Source of the DNA: Sphingomicrobium sp.
GTDB lineage: Bacteria; Pseudomonadota; Alphaproteobacteria; Sphingomonadales; Sphingomonadaceae
Assembly: GCA_040005255.1 (NCBI GenBank)
Contig: JBDTZJ010000001.1
Coordinates: forward strand, 1 to 36,928
Reading direction: 5' to 3'
DNA: 36,928 bases
Below the pieces are notes generated by a model. It was given only the letters and a program-made list of their open reading frames with translations, did not search any database and was not told where the DNA came from. The position numbers and the translations under genes are program-made. Within the stretch, counting starts at the first letter, position 1. Each line of letters starts with the position of its first letter. Below are positions 8,691-17,834 of the stretch, one piece after another.

Positions 8691-9965
8691 ATGCTCCACG
8701 ACCCGGTCCGCGCAGCGGCCCCATCGCTCCTGGTTCGCCGGCGATTCCAGTTCGCTGGGGCGCTCGTCGTCGGCGCGCTGCTGCCATGGTTCGCGCGCGG
8801 CCCGCTGCTCCCCGGCACGATGTTCGAGGCTGCCAGCCTCAACACGTTGGTCGGCAATGCCGTGGCGGTGATGATCGCCTTCTGGACGCGCCTGTCGATC
8901 GAAACCTACCCGGGCATTCGCCGAAGCTCGGTGATCCTGCCGGCCGCGTTGACCGGCCATGGCGTGGCCGTCGTCTGGTTCGTCCTCACGCGCTTTCCCT
9001 ATGACCGCGTCGGCCTCGCAGCGGGGTTCCTGCTTCACGTCGCCTGGCTGTATGTCCTCTACATCCGCGCCGAGCGGAAAGTCCGGCGGCGGATCGCGGT
9101 AGTTCCGTTCGGCGCGACCGACCGTCTGATCCAGATCGAAAGCGTCGACTGGCACGTACTTAAGCGGCCTATGCTGCACGACACCCGTTCCTGCAACGCG
9201 ATCGTCGCCGACTTCAGCGCCGAGCTCCCGGATGAGTGGGAGGCGTTCCTGGCCGATGCGGCGCTTGCCGGGCGGATCGTCTACCAGGTCAAGCAGCTTG
9301 CGGAATCGCTGACCGGCCGCGTCGAGCTCGAGCATCTATCCGAGAACAGCTTCGGCTCACTCGTCCCTGCCTTGGGCTATTTCTATCTCAAGGGCCTCGT
9401 CGACTTTGCCTTCGCCTTGCTGCTGTTGCCGTTGGTGCTGCCGCTAATGGCGGTCGTTGCCGTCGTCATACGCCTCGACAGCAAGGGCCCGGTCCTGTTC
9501 CGGCAAGAGCGCGTCGGCCACGCCGGCCGGTCCATCATCGTCTACAAATTTCGGACCATGCGGACGGTCGAGGAGGACGATGAACGAAGCTCCGCCATGA
9601 CCAAGGCCGATGACGCCCGCATCACCCGGCTCGGCCACCTCCTGCGCAAGCTGCGCATCGACGAGCTGCCGCAGCTCATCAACATCCTCAAGTGGGAGAT
9701 GAGCTGGATCGGCCCGCGCCCCGAGGCTCAAATTCTGTCGCTCTGGTACACCAGCGAAATCCCCTTCTACCGCTACCGCCACGTCGTGAAGCCGGGCATC
9801 TCCGGCTGGGCGCAGGTCAACCAGGGCCATGTCGCCGAGGTCGGCGAGGTCCACCGTAAGCTGCAGTACGACTTCTACTACATCAAATATTTCTCGCCGT
9901 GGCTCGACGCCTTGATCTTGTTCCGAACGATCAAGACGATGCTGACGGGCTTCGGATCACGTTAG
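8691..9965 (+). CDS. Priming polyprenyl-phosphate sugar transferase (WcaJ/GumD-like)
   Basis: N-terminal TM helices; YKFRTM, RIDELPQL, GPRPE, KPGISGWAQV. Confidence 0.9.
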   Translation: MLHDPVRAAAPSLLVRRRFQFAGALVVGALLPWFARGPLLPGTMFEAASLNTLVGNAVAVMIAFWTRLSIETYPGIRRSSVILPAALTGHGVAVVWFVLTRFPYDRVGLAAGFLLHVAWLYVLYIRAERKVRRRIAVVPFGATDRLIQIESVDWHVLKRPMLHDTRSCNAIVADFSAELPDEWEAFLADAALAGRIVYQVKQLAESLTGRVELEHLSENSFGSLVPALGYFYLKGLVDFAFALLLLPLVLPLMAVVAVVIRLDSKGPVLFRQERVGHAGRSIIVYKFRTMRTVEEDDERSSAMTKADDARITRLGHLLRKLRIDELPQLINILKWEMSWIGPRPEAQILSLWYTSEIPFYRYRHVVKPGISGWAQVNQGHVAEVGEVHRKLQYDFYYIKYFSPWLDALILFRTIKTMLTGFGSR

Positions 9966-11232
9966 GCGCGGATTCGCGCAACATCAGCATGACCGGCAGC
10001 ACGCAAAGCGCCACAGCTGCGATCATGATCCCCGGCGCGGTCGACCAGCCGGTCCGTTCGACCAGCAGCTGGGCGGCGTAAGGGGTGAGCCCGCCGAAGA
10101 TCGCGGTCGCCATGGTCGCGCCAAGCGCGAGGCCGGTGATGCGGCCCTCGCCGGGAAACTGCTCGGCAGTCGCGACCGCGCCGACCGCGCTGACCGCACC
10201 GGCGAGCATCGCCAGCACCACGGCACCAGCAAGCGCCTGGCCGTGGACGCTGCTCGCCATCAGGGAGAACATGGTGATCGGCAGCGCTGCGCTGCCGAGG
10301 CACAAAGCGACGAGCACCGGCTTGCGGCCGATGCGGTCGCTGAGCGCCCCGGTCAGCGGCGTGACGGCGATTACGGCGACGGCGGCGATGGTCGAGAGCC
10401 ACAAGGCCTCGCTCTCGCTCAGCGACCCCGCCGAGGTCAGGAACGCCGGCACGTAGGTGATCCCGACATAATAAGTGATCGAGCCGAGCGCCGAGATGGC
10501 AAAGCCACGGGCGATGCCGCTGCGGTGATTGGCCAGCGCATGGCGGAGCGGCACTTGCGGAACGGTCCCTTCGTCGCGCTGCCGCTGGAACTCCGGGCTT
10601 TCGTGCATGGTCGAGCGGGCGATCCACACCGATGCCGCGAGCGCGGCGCCGACGAAGAAGGGGATGCGCCAGCCCCAGCGGTCGAGATCCGCGGAGCTCA
10701 TGAGGCTGACGGTCAGCGCCGACACGCCGACCGCTAAGAGCGCGCCGACCTCGCTCGCGGCAGAGGCGGACGAGGTGATGAGGCCCCGCCGCCGCACCGG
10801 CGCGCCCTCGAGCAGGTAAGCGACGACGCCGGTATATTCGCCGCCGACCGAGAACCCCATCACACAGCGCAAGGCGAGCAGCAGCCAGCCCGCCGCCGGA
10901 CCGGCCATAGCCCGGGTCGGCAGCAGCGCCGTCGCCAGCATCGCCGCGGTCATCAGCGCGACCGACATCAGCAGCATGCGCCGCCGCCCGTATTTGTCGC
11001 CGATGTGACTGAACACGACCGCGCCGAGCGGCCGCATCAGATAAGCGATGGCGAAGCCGCCGAGCGTGAGCAGCAGCGAGCCGCTGCCGCCGCCGTAGAA
11101 CACCCTCGCCAGGACCGTCGCGAAATAGAGGTAGAGGGTGAAATCATACCATTCGACGATGGTCGAGAAGGCCGCGACGGCAAGCGAGCGGGCGGGAAGG
11201 ACGGGTGTCTCGCGGTGGGTCACCGATGGCAT
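9931..11232 (-). CDS. MFS transporter, ProP/MHS family
   Basis: EWYDF, RPLG..GD.YGRR, GFSVGGE, WGWRIPF; 3' end overlaps the convergent gene by 35 bp. Confidence 0.9.
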   Translation of the reverse strand: MPSVTHRETPVLPARSLAVAAFSTIVEWYDFTLYLYFATVLARVFYGGGSGSLLLTLGGFAIAYLMRPLGAVVFSHIGDKYGRRRMLLMSVALMTAAMLATALLPTRAMAGPAAGWLLLALRCVMGFSVGGEYTGVVAYLLEGAPVRRRGLITSSASAASEVGALLAVGVSALTVSLMSSADLDRWGWRIPFFVGAALAASVWIARSTMHESPEFQRQRDEGTVPQVPLRHALANHRSGIARGFAISALGSITYYVGITYVPAFLTSAGSLSESEALWLSTIAAVAVIAVTPLTGALSDRIGRKPVLVALCLGSAALPITMFSLMASSVHGQALAGAVVLAMLAGAVSAVGAVATAEQFPGEGRITGLALGATMATAIFGGLTPYAAQLLVERTGWSTAPGIMIAAVALCVLPVMLMLRESAPNVIRSPSASS

Positions 11233-11333
11233 CGTTTCGGCCTTAGCATGGCCGCGCCGTTTCCATTTCGTCAACCAATCGGCCGGTACACCGAGGGCGG
11301 CGTGGCGGTGGACCTGAAAAGGGGACCCCGTCG

Positions 11334-11465
11334 ATGAGATTGTTCAAGGCGAACCGACCCGCGCAGTCCGAAGCGGACCGGGCGCGCGACCTCCGGCTGA
11401 CGTCGATCGCCAGCCGCTACCGTGTGCGGTCCGAGGCCGCGCCGCAGCCCGAAAAGAGCGAATGA
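11334..11465 (+). CDS. 43-aa hypothetical protein MRLFKANRPAQ... (not in ORF track)
   Basis: AAAGGGGA RBS, ATG 11334, TGA 11463-11465. Confidence 0.45.
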   Translation: MRLFKANRPAQSEADRARDLRLTSIASRYRVRSEAAPQPEKSE

Positions 11466-11475
11466 CCGCGATCGC

Positions 11476-11661
11476 ATGACACGTCCCAGGCTGAGCATGG
11501 CGGCGGCCGCTGCCCTGGCGCTCGCGGCCGGCGCCTGCGACCGTCTGCCGCAGCGGAGGGGTCCGAGCGCGGTGACCGTGAAGCTGCCGCCGCCACGGGC
11601 GGCCGCGCCCGGCTTTGCGTTCGGCGGTGCACAGCATGCCGCCAAGACGGGGCTTCGCTAA
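11476..11661 (+). CDS. Small putative lipoprotein
   Basis: Hydrophobic stretch ending in lipobox-like LAAGAC. Confidence 0.55.
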   Translation: MTRPRLSMAAAAALALAAGACDRLPQRRGPSAVTVKLPPPRAAAPGFAFGGAQHAAKTGLR

Positions 11662-11720
11662 ATGGCGCGCGAGGGGTAAGATGCGGCGGAACCCCGAACG
11701 CATCGCACTGGAGGGGGATC

Positions 11721-11891
11721 ATGAAGCTGTTCATCGTCTTCGCATTGTTCGTCTGGCTGCTGTGCGGGTTTGTCGGCGCATGGTGGCAGGACGGCATCGG
11801 CCACATGCACTTCAAGGCCATCGCCAGGGGGCCGATCACCCTGGTCCACGCCTTCAATGAGAATCCGGTGACCTATCCGGGACCGACTTGA
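11721..11891 (+). CDS. 56-aa membrane protein MKLFIVFALFVWLLCGFVGAWW... (not in ORF track)
   Basis: GGAGGGGG RBS, ATG 11721, TGA 11889-11891. Confidence 0.7.
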   Translation: MKLFIVFALFVWLLCGFVGAWWQDGIGHMHFKAIARGPITLVHAFNENPVTYPGPT

Positions 11892-11905
11892 TTTGCTCTA
11901 GAGGC

Positions 11906-12478
11906 TCAGGCGGCCTGCAGCGCTTTCGACCGACGGCGGCGCATGGCGACGCCCATCGCGCCGAAGCCGAGAAGCATCATCGCCCATGTCGAGGGTTCGG
12001 GCACGCCCCCGCCGACGTTGATCACGAAATCGTCGAGATAGGTCGGGCCGGAGGTGGTCCCGTAAATCCCGAAGCCGACGAGGTTCTTGCCGGCCGCGAG
12101 GTTGCTGGTGACATTATACTGGTTCCAGCCCGACGCGCCGATGGCGTTGAGGATGAAGTCTTGCGACGTACTGTCGCTGTAGAAGAAGGTGTAGAGGTCG
12201 AATGGACCGCCGTCGCGCAACGCCCAGAAGGACACTTCGGTGATCTGCGACGTCGCAACGGCGCCGAAGGTCTGCTTGATCTGGTCCTCCGCGAACGCCG
12301 CGTCGGAATAAGTGCCGCTGTGCGCCTGGGCGCTGCTCACCGTCGGGGTGCCATTGGCGATCGTCCACGAAGCGAAGGTGCCGGTTTCGAAGCCGGGGTT
12401 GGACAGAACGTTCGATGCCTGGGCCGGAACGGCGAGCGAGCCCAGAACAAGCGCCGGGATCAAGAATTTGCGAAGCAT
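11906..12478 (-). CDS. PEP-CTERM (PEPxxWA) sorting-domain surface protein
   Basis: Signal peptide, NPGFETG, C-terminal VPEPSTWAMMLLGFG-TM-RRRR. Confidence 0.92.
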   Translation of the reverse strand: MLRKFLIPALVLGSLAVPAQASNVLSNPGFETGTFASWTIANGTPTVSSAQAHSGTYSDAAFAEDQIKQTFGAVATSQITEVSFWALRDGGPFDLYTFFYSDSTSQDFILNAIGASGWNQYNVTSNLAAGKNLVGFGIYGTTSGPTYLDDFVINVGGGVPEPSTWAMMLLGFGAMGVAMRRRRSKALQAA

Positions 12479-12512
12479 GTCGGCCCCCGTTAACGCGAAA
12501 GAGCCAGTGGAG

Positions 12513-12528
12513 TTAACAGAAGATTAAC
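12513..12528. promoter_or_regulatory. CtrA-binding box
   Basis: TTAA-cagaaga-TTAAC, 35 bp upstream of the PEP-CTERM start. Confidence 0.6.
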
Positions 12529-12767
12529 GCTAGTCAATGAAGCAGCTCGCAATTGGGTATTTTCCGCCGGTCCGTTGGCCCGGTCGACCAGCTCCGGGGC
12601 CGGATCGAGAGCATTGAGCGTCAATCCGGTCTGAATGTTCACGAAAGTTCGCGCTAACGGCGGGCGAAACCCAGCGCGTGTCACAAGCGCCGGCATTGGC
12701 CCCTGCCGTGAGGAGACGTCAAAGAGGGAGGAAGGTGCGGTTTAGCGCCCAAACCGTCGATTTCTAC

Positions 12768-12795
12768 TAGTAGCATAATCTATGTTATGCGGCGC
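12768..12795 (-). other. dif-like XerC/XerD site
   Basis: Minus strand GCGCCGCATAA-CATAGA-TTATGCTACTA versus E. coli dif GGTGCGCATAA-TGTATA-TTATGTTAAAT; intergenic, AT-rich flank. Confidence 0.7.
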
Positions 12796-12948
12796 GCCAA
12801 AAAACGACAATAGACGAGCAGAAACAATCAAATAATGATGGACCGTCTTTGGTCAAAAATCTTGCGAAATAAATAGACTTTTCGATGAAGAATGCGTAAG
12901 TAAACCTGTCGCTATTTTCGATACGGGCATTTTAGCGGTTGAGAGTGT

Positions 12949-13236
12949 ATGTGCTCCCGCCTGCCGAAGGTGATTCAAATGAGCGGATTGATCCATTCCC
13001 AGCTGATGGAAGTCAGGGCTTCCCCCAGGATCTCTGCCAAGCGGGACACGCCGGACAAGTGCCGCGAGCGCGCGAGCGAGGACCTCCTCAAGTCGGTCAC
13101 CATGGTGACCGCCAACCAGCGCATCATCCTCGAGCGCAGCGCGGCCAGCTGGACCGAGCGCGCGCATTTGCTTGACCGGGTCGCAAGGGGCGCAAGCGAC
13201 AATGACGGCTCCGCCCCGGAAGGGCTGAGAGCATGA
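12949..13236 (+). CDS. Small helical hypothetical protein, start uncertain
   Basis: ORF stop overlaps the next start (ATGA). Confidence 0.6.
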   Translation: MCSRLPKVIQMSGLIHSQLMEVRASPRISAKRDTPDKCRERASEDLLKSVTMVTANQRIILERSAASWTERAHLLDRVARGASDNDGSAPEGLRA

Positions 13237-13457
13237 GCCGCGCCATCCTGCTTTCCATGGAGGAAGCCCAGGTCCGCGCCAAGTGCCTTGCTTCCAATGT
13301 CGGGGTGTCGGCGATCGAGCGCCTTGTCGACGGCGGAGTCCGCCTGGTGTGCATGAGCGGAAATGGCGCCGAGCTCATCCGCAAGCAGCTCAAGTCCCAT
13401 CTGATCAAGGGCGAGGCGACCAGGGAGCGGTTTCGGCCAAGAACTCTGTTGTGGTGA
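13233..13457 (+). CDS. Hypothetical protein, 74 aa
   Basis: Coupled to upstream ORF; GVSAIERL..GGVRLVC. Confidence 0.7.
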   Translation: MSRAILLSMEEAQVRAKCLASNVGVSAIERLVDGGVRLVCMSGNGAELIRKQLKSHLIKGEATRERFRPRTLLW

Positions 13458-13565
13458 GCCGCCGCTAACCCGGCGCACCATCGGCGGCGCGTCAGCGGCT
13501 TGACCGAGCCTCACCCGTAGAATCTTCGGCTCCACCGTGCGATATGGGCCTCCGGAGGCCGGCCA

Positions 13566-14245
13566 TGATCTACTCTCTGTCGCTGGTAGCCGCCACGGCC
13601 CTGATCACCTTCTTCATCATGCGCTGGCACAGGTCGCCGATGCGCCTTTCGCGGCCGCAGACTGGCGAGGAGAAAGAAGCGGGCCGCGCCAAGGCCATCG
13701 GTGAGCAACTCGATGACGCGCGCGACCGGCTGAGCGACGCCGCGAGCGAGGGCAACAAGGTCGCGCTGGCGAAAGCGGTCAAAGCCGCGCTGTGGGTCAC
13801 CGAAGCCCGGCTGAACTTCGCGGTCCCCGAGCTTCTCGAGATCATGCAGCTGTGGCCGGGCCTGGCGAAACTGCCCGAATGGGAACCGCCCGAAGGTGTC
13901 ACGAACATCGACGGCCTCGACGATGCCAAGTCGCCGTGGGCGGCGTGGCGCTGGAACGATATCGACTGGCGGGTCGAGGCCGAATGGCGTCCCTCCATCC
14001 TGCCCGACGAGGCCGGGATCGAGATCGGCACCTGCAAGGTGTTGGTCGACCGCGAACTCGTGCTCGACATGACGATCAGCAGCAAGGACCTGCACGTGAT
14101 GTGGATCGACGCCCTGAGAGTGGGGCCGTGGGTATCCGAGCTGCTGGCATTCACCGGCGCGCGAAGGTCCGACGCCCAGGCGCTATCGAGCGAGAAATCC
14201 GCGCGGCAGTATCAGGACCGCGCCGACAAGATCCACTGGTCATAA
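13566..14245 (+). CDS. Hypothetical protein with N-terminal membrane anchor
   Basis: GGAGG RBS before ATG 13566; host-like codon usage. Confidence 0.7.
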
Positions 14246-14269
14246 GCGAGGGCGCTAAGGCGGAGGGCG

Positions 14270-14458
14270 CTAAAGCTCGATCTTCGCCACCAGCTGGTGA
14301 CCGTCCCATAGTTCGCATTTCGACGCATCGTGATTGTTCGTCTTGACGGCGGCGACCGCATCCTCATCGCTGTCGGCGTCGAGTTCATCAACGCTGAGGA
14401 ACATGCCGAGGTGATCCAGAATGTAGACGCGGTACCTGGGTTCGCGCTCTTCAGACAT
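14270..14458 (-). CDS. 62-aa hypothetical protein
   Basis: YRVYILD...ADSDEDAV...ELWDG pattern of small alphaproteobacterial proteins. Confidence 0.7.
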   Translation of the reverse strand: MSEEREPRYRVYILDHLGMFLSVDELDADSDEDAVAAVKTNNHDASKCELWDGHQLVAKIEL

Positions 14459-14593
14459 GAGGCCCCCGATCCAGCGGGAGCGCTACGCAGTCTCTCAGTC
14501 GCCGACTCGCTACGACCAGTGACGGCGATGGGGGATTACGGCACCGAATCAAATCATCTGCAAGTGGGGGTGCGCAAGGTCGCAATCCCCGCA

Positions 14594-14622
14594 TTATCCG
14601 CTTTTTCATTCATTACGGACAT
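14594..14622 (+). repeat. Degenerate copy of the 28-bp site with one extra T
   Basis: TTATCCGCTTT-TTCATTC-ATTACGGACAT. Confidence 0.65.
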
Positions 14623-14827
14623 GAGTTCCCCCCGAAGGGCGGAACGTAACCCGAGGCGGTTCGCTCTCCCTTGGGTGAAAGCCGACGCCGACGCATTTCG
14701 TAAACGCGCTGACCATTGTCGCCGTCTGGCTGACGGTACCAGGGACACGAATGCGCAACGGGAGCTTCGCACCATGGCGGTGGATCTGGATGACGAGGCG
14801 GTGAAGATTGATAGTGACGACGCCTGA
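14621..14827 (+). CDS. Small helical hypothetical protein (start 14621 or GTG 14675)
   Basis: FRKRADHCRRLA...QRELRTMAVDLDDEA. Confidence 0.55.
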   Translation: MSSPRRAERNPRRFALPWVKADADAFRKRADHCRRLADGTRDTNAQRELRTMAVDLDDEAVKIDSDDA

Positions 14828-15914
14828 ACCGACGGCCGAGACTAGTCCCAGCATAGCTAAGGTTGAGAACGAGATCCCGCAGGAGCAAGCTGTCGTCCGC
14901 GCGCTTCCAAAAGCGGAGGCTCTCGGACCGATATTGTCTCGCCGATTCAAACCCTATCGCGCCGATGTCAGGCGAAGCATCTTTCAGCTGGTTACGACCG
15001 CGACGCCGTTCATCGCGTTGCTCGTGGTGATGGCGGTAGCATCGCCTGGCCGCTACTGGCTGACCCTGTTGCTGGCGATTCCGACGGCTGGACTGCTCGT
15101 TCGCCTTTTCATCATCCAACATGACTGCGGTCACGGCTCGTTTTTCAAATCACGAGCCGCCAACGACTTCCTCGGGCGCGCGCTTAGCGTGCTGACGCTC
15201 ACTCCCTACGGCTGCTGGAAGCTAAGTCATGCCGCGCATCATGCCTCCGCCGGCAATCTGGACCGCCGTGGGCGTGGGGATGTGGAAACCTTGACCGTTG
15301 CCGAATATCAAGCCTCGGCGCCGCTCAAGAAGCTCGTTTATCGACTCTACCGCAATCCGTTCGTGATGGTCATATTGGGTGCGCCGATCAACTTCATCCT
15401 ACTGCATAGATTGCCGCTGGGCCACGAGTTCCGGGACCGTAAATCGCGCCGCAGCATCCTGTCGCTGGATCTCGCGTTGCTCGTGGCGTTCGGTCTTCCC
15501 TGCGCTATGTTCGGCGTCCTTCCAGTCCTGGGAACGTATCTCCCCGTGATGATCATTGCATCCTGGGTCGGGAACTGGCTGTTTTACGTGCAGCACCAGT
15601 TCGAAGGGACACATTGGGAGCGCGACGGCGAATGGGATTTCCACGAAGCCGGCGTAGGCGGCAGCTCATATTTTAAGCTTCCGCCGATCCTGCAATGGTT
15701 TTCCGGGAACATCGGGCTGCACCACGTGCACCACTTGTCTAGCCGGATTCCCAACTACCGCCTTCAGGCCTGTCTCGACGCCGCTCCGGAACTGCACGGC
15801 GTCTCCAAACTCATAACTCTGCGTGAGAGCCTGGGATGCTGGCGGCTGGCGCTTTGGGACGAGAGCAGCCGCTTGTTGGTGGGATTTCGGGATCTAAAGC
15901 CTCGGCTCGCTTAG
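14808..15914 (+). CDS. Membrane fatty acid desaturase
   Basis: His boxes HDCGH, HAAHH and HHVHH; WLFYVQHQFE. Confidence 0.93.
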   Translation: MIVTTPEPTAETSPSIAKVENEIPQEQAVVRALPKAEALGPILSRRFKPYRADVRRSIFQLVTTATPFIALLVVMAVASPGRYWLTLLLAIPTAGLLVRLFIIQHDCGHGSFFKSRAANDFLGRALSVLTLTPYGCWKLSHAAHHASAGNLDRRGRGDVETLTVAEYQASAPLKKLVYRLYRNPFVMVILGAPINFILLHRLPLGHEFRDRKSRRSILSLDLALLVAFGLPCAMFGVLPVLGTYLPVMIIASWVGNWLFYVQHQFEGTHWERDGEWDFHEAGVGGSSYFKLPPILQWFSGNIGLHHVHHLSSRIPNYRLQACLDAAPELHGVSKLITLRESLGCWRLALWDESSRLLVGFRDLKPRLA

Positions 15915-15938
15915 CCGATACATCCGTAAGACGGGCGT

Positions 15939-16220
15939 CTAACGGGTCTGGCGTTTTGGGCGAGACGGCCGCTTTTCTGCCTTCTCTTGCGCCCTCGCGA
16001 TCTCCCGCTGTTCATCCCGATGAGACTTGTAGCGGAATCCCATTCCAAGGATTGAGGTGGCCATGCCCGCGATCAAGGCTGGCAAGTACCACCAGGGCGC
16101 GTCTGCCTTAAGCGCCGCAACCGCGCCCAGGAACAACACGCTGACAATGGAGGTGAGATAGCCGATCGCCTTCCAATCGACGCCTTTGGTTGCGGGCGTG
16201 GTTATGCGTCGCTGACTCAT
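15939..16220 (-). CDS. Small membrane protein (2 TM)
   Basis: ATG 16220; two hydrophobic helices and a charged tail. Confidence 0.65.
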   Translation of the reverse strand: MSQRRITTPATKGVDWKAIGYLTSIVSVLFLGAVAALKADAPWWYLPALIAGMATSILGMGFRYKSHRDEQREIARAQEKAEKRPSRPKRQTR

Positions 16221-16419
16221 GATTTCTAAACGAGCGCTGGCCGGGTGTGTTTCCTCGGCCCCAGGCGAGAGGGGCTGAGCACGACCCACTGCGGCGATTT
16301 GAAACCTAGGATAGGTCCAATGTGACCGACGACACCCGCGAGCGGCGGTGCTCAAACTCGCAGGTTGTCGGCCGCGCCAAGCACGCGCATGATCGGTTCG
16401 TTTTGCAGGAGGCTAGAGC

Positions 16420-16998
16420 ATGATCTTGATGCCAGGAACGCTGGTCGTGGTTGCCGGAGCAATGCAGGTCGCGGTGCCGGTCTTGCGGGTTCCGCCGGCG
16501 GTCACGCGTCCGCCAAACGCCGCCATCGCGCCGTCTACCGCGATCCAGGCGAATATTCTTCCCGACCTGGTCGTATCCGAAGTGCGGATCGAAGATGATC
16601 ATACCGCCCATATCCGCATCACCAACCAGGGGACCGCGGACGCGAAAGGGTGGATCCAGGTCGAATCCAGCGTGTCGAAAGGCTACCATCGCGGATACAC
16701 ACTTCCCGCATGGGTCAACGACCTTGCAGCGGGCGAGAGCAAGTGGGTGACAAGCGGAAACTACGTGGATCGCGACGAAACCTTCGTGCCAGGCAAAGAC
16801 ATGAGCATGCCGCTGTCGACGGTGACCGGGTTCAGCGCCACCGTTGACCCCGGCGCTCCTCCGCAGAGCATGGAAGATTATCTGCTGCAAGGAAAATCCC
16901 CGTGCACGGCGCAGGCGGGCTGCATTCGCGAGCTTGACGAGACGAACAACAACCGCGGTTTCACGGCTGACCAAATCGGTCACGGCAAACCGGATTGA
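16420..16998 (+). CDS. Secreted CARDB/Ig-like domain protein
   Basis: AGGAGG RBS; PDLVVS, ITNQG, VDP...IRELDETNN. Confidence 0.65.
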   Translation: MILMPGTLVVVAGAMQVAVPVLRVPPAVTRPPNAAIAPSTAIQANILPDLVVSEVRIEDDHTAHIRITNQGTADAKGWIQVESSVSKGYHRGYTLPAWVNDLAAGESKWVTSGNYVDRDETFVPGKDMSMPLSTVTGFSATVDPGAPPQSMEDYLLQGKSPCTAQAGCIRELDETNNNRGFTADQIGHGKPD

Positions 16999-17151
16999 GT
17001 TCGGAGGCCAGGCGCCCCCCTCTCCCTCATCAACGCACCGCGTCATGCGTCATTCATCGCTATTCTGCGAGGGTCAGCCATCACCTGAGATCGCAACCGA
17101 GCGCCCTGTGACAGAGAGACACTTCCGTGCTCTCGCTCGCAGGAGACGGTC

Positions 17152-17373
17152 ATGGAAAAGACACATTGGCTCAGCCGTAAGCGCGCGTCGCTGAAGCTGG
17201 CGAAAGAGGCGGCCAACTCCGAAGCGCGGCTGGTGCATTACGATCTCGCCGGCCGCTACAGTTTGAAGGCGCTTTCGGCCGAGAGCCAGGCGACCGATCT
17301 CGCCGATGCGCTGCCGCCCGCGATCTACGCCATCGGCGCCGATGCGTCGGGCAAGGACGCTTCCGATGCTTGA
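17152..17373 (+). CDS. Small helical hypothetical protein
   Basis: AGGAG RBS; RKRASLKLA...EARLVHYDLAGRY. Confidence 0.7.
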   Translation: MEKTHWLSRKRASLKLAKEAANSEARLVHYDLAGRYSLKALSAESQATDLADALPPAIYAIGADASGKDASDA

Positions 17374-17590
17374 GGCTGGAGGGATTTTCGGGCTGTTCGC
17401 GGCGCTCTTGCTGATCGCATCGGTGGTGATCTGGGCAAAACGGCTTCGCGGACCTTTGCTGCAACGGCTCAACGGCCGGCGGACGTCGAACGTGCGTCCA
17501 ACCGAGCTGGCATCCCAAGTGCTGGTCTTCGCTTTGGGGCTGAGCGCGCTCGCCGCTGGGCTGGCGATCGTCGGGTGGATTTTCGCGTAA
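17366..17590 (+). CDS. Small membrane protein (2 TM)
   Basis: ATG overlaps the end of the upstream gene; two hydrophobic segments. Confidence 0.55.
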   Translation: MLEAGGIFGLFAALLLIASVVIWAKRLRGPLLQRLNGRRTSNVRPTELASQVLVFALGLSALAAGLAIVGWIFA

Positions 17591-17834
17591 GCGAACTAGG
17601 CATGGATTGCGCTTCCAGGCGGACAAGGTCCAGCAGCAGCTGCGTCGCCAGTTACGCCAGTGCCGGTTGATCGTGAGGCACGGTCGTCAGCTACTCATGC
17701 TTGCGCAGGCTATCCCGACCGTCGCTAACCTGAGATCGCAGTAACAAGACCGAATTCCGACCGCCGCTCCTCGGCGTCCTCTCGCAGCCTGACCGCATTA
17801 CTTTGCCGCATTGGTTGTCCGCCCAGGCGCGCCG

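Noticed and set aside
16271-16298. CGACCC-ACTGCGGCGAT, resembling core plus right arm
   Set aside because: Left arm does not match; not counted as a site
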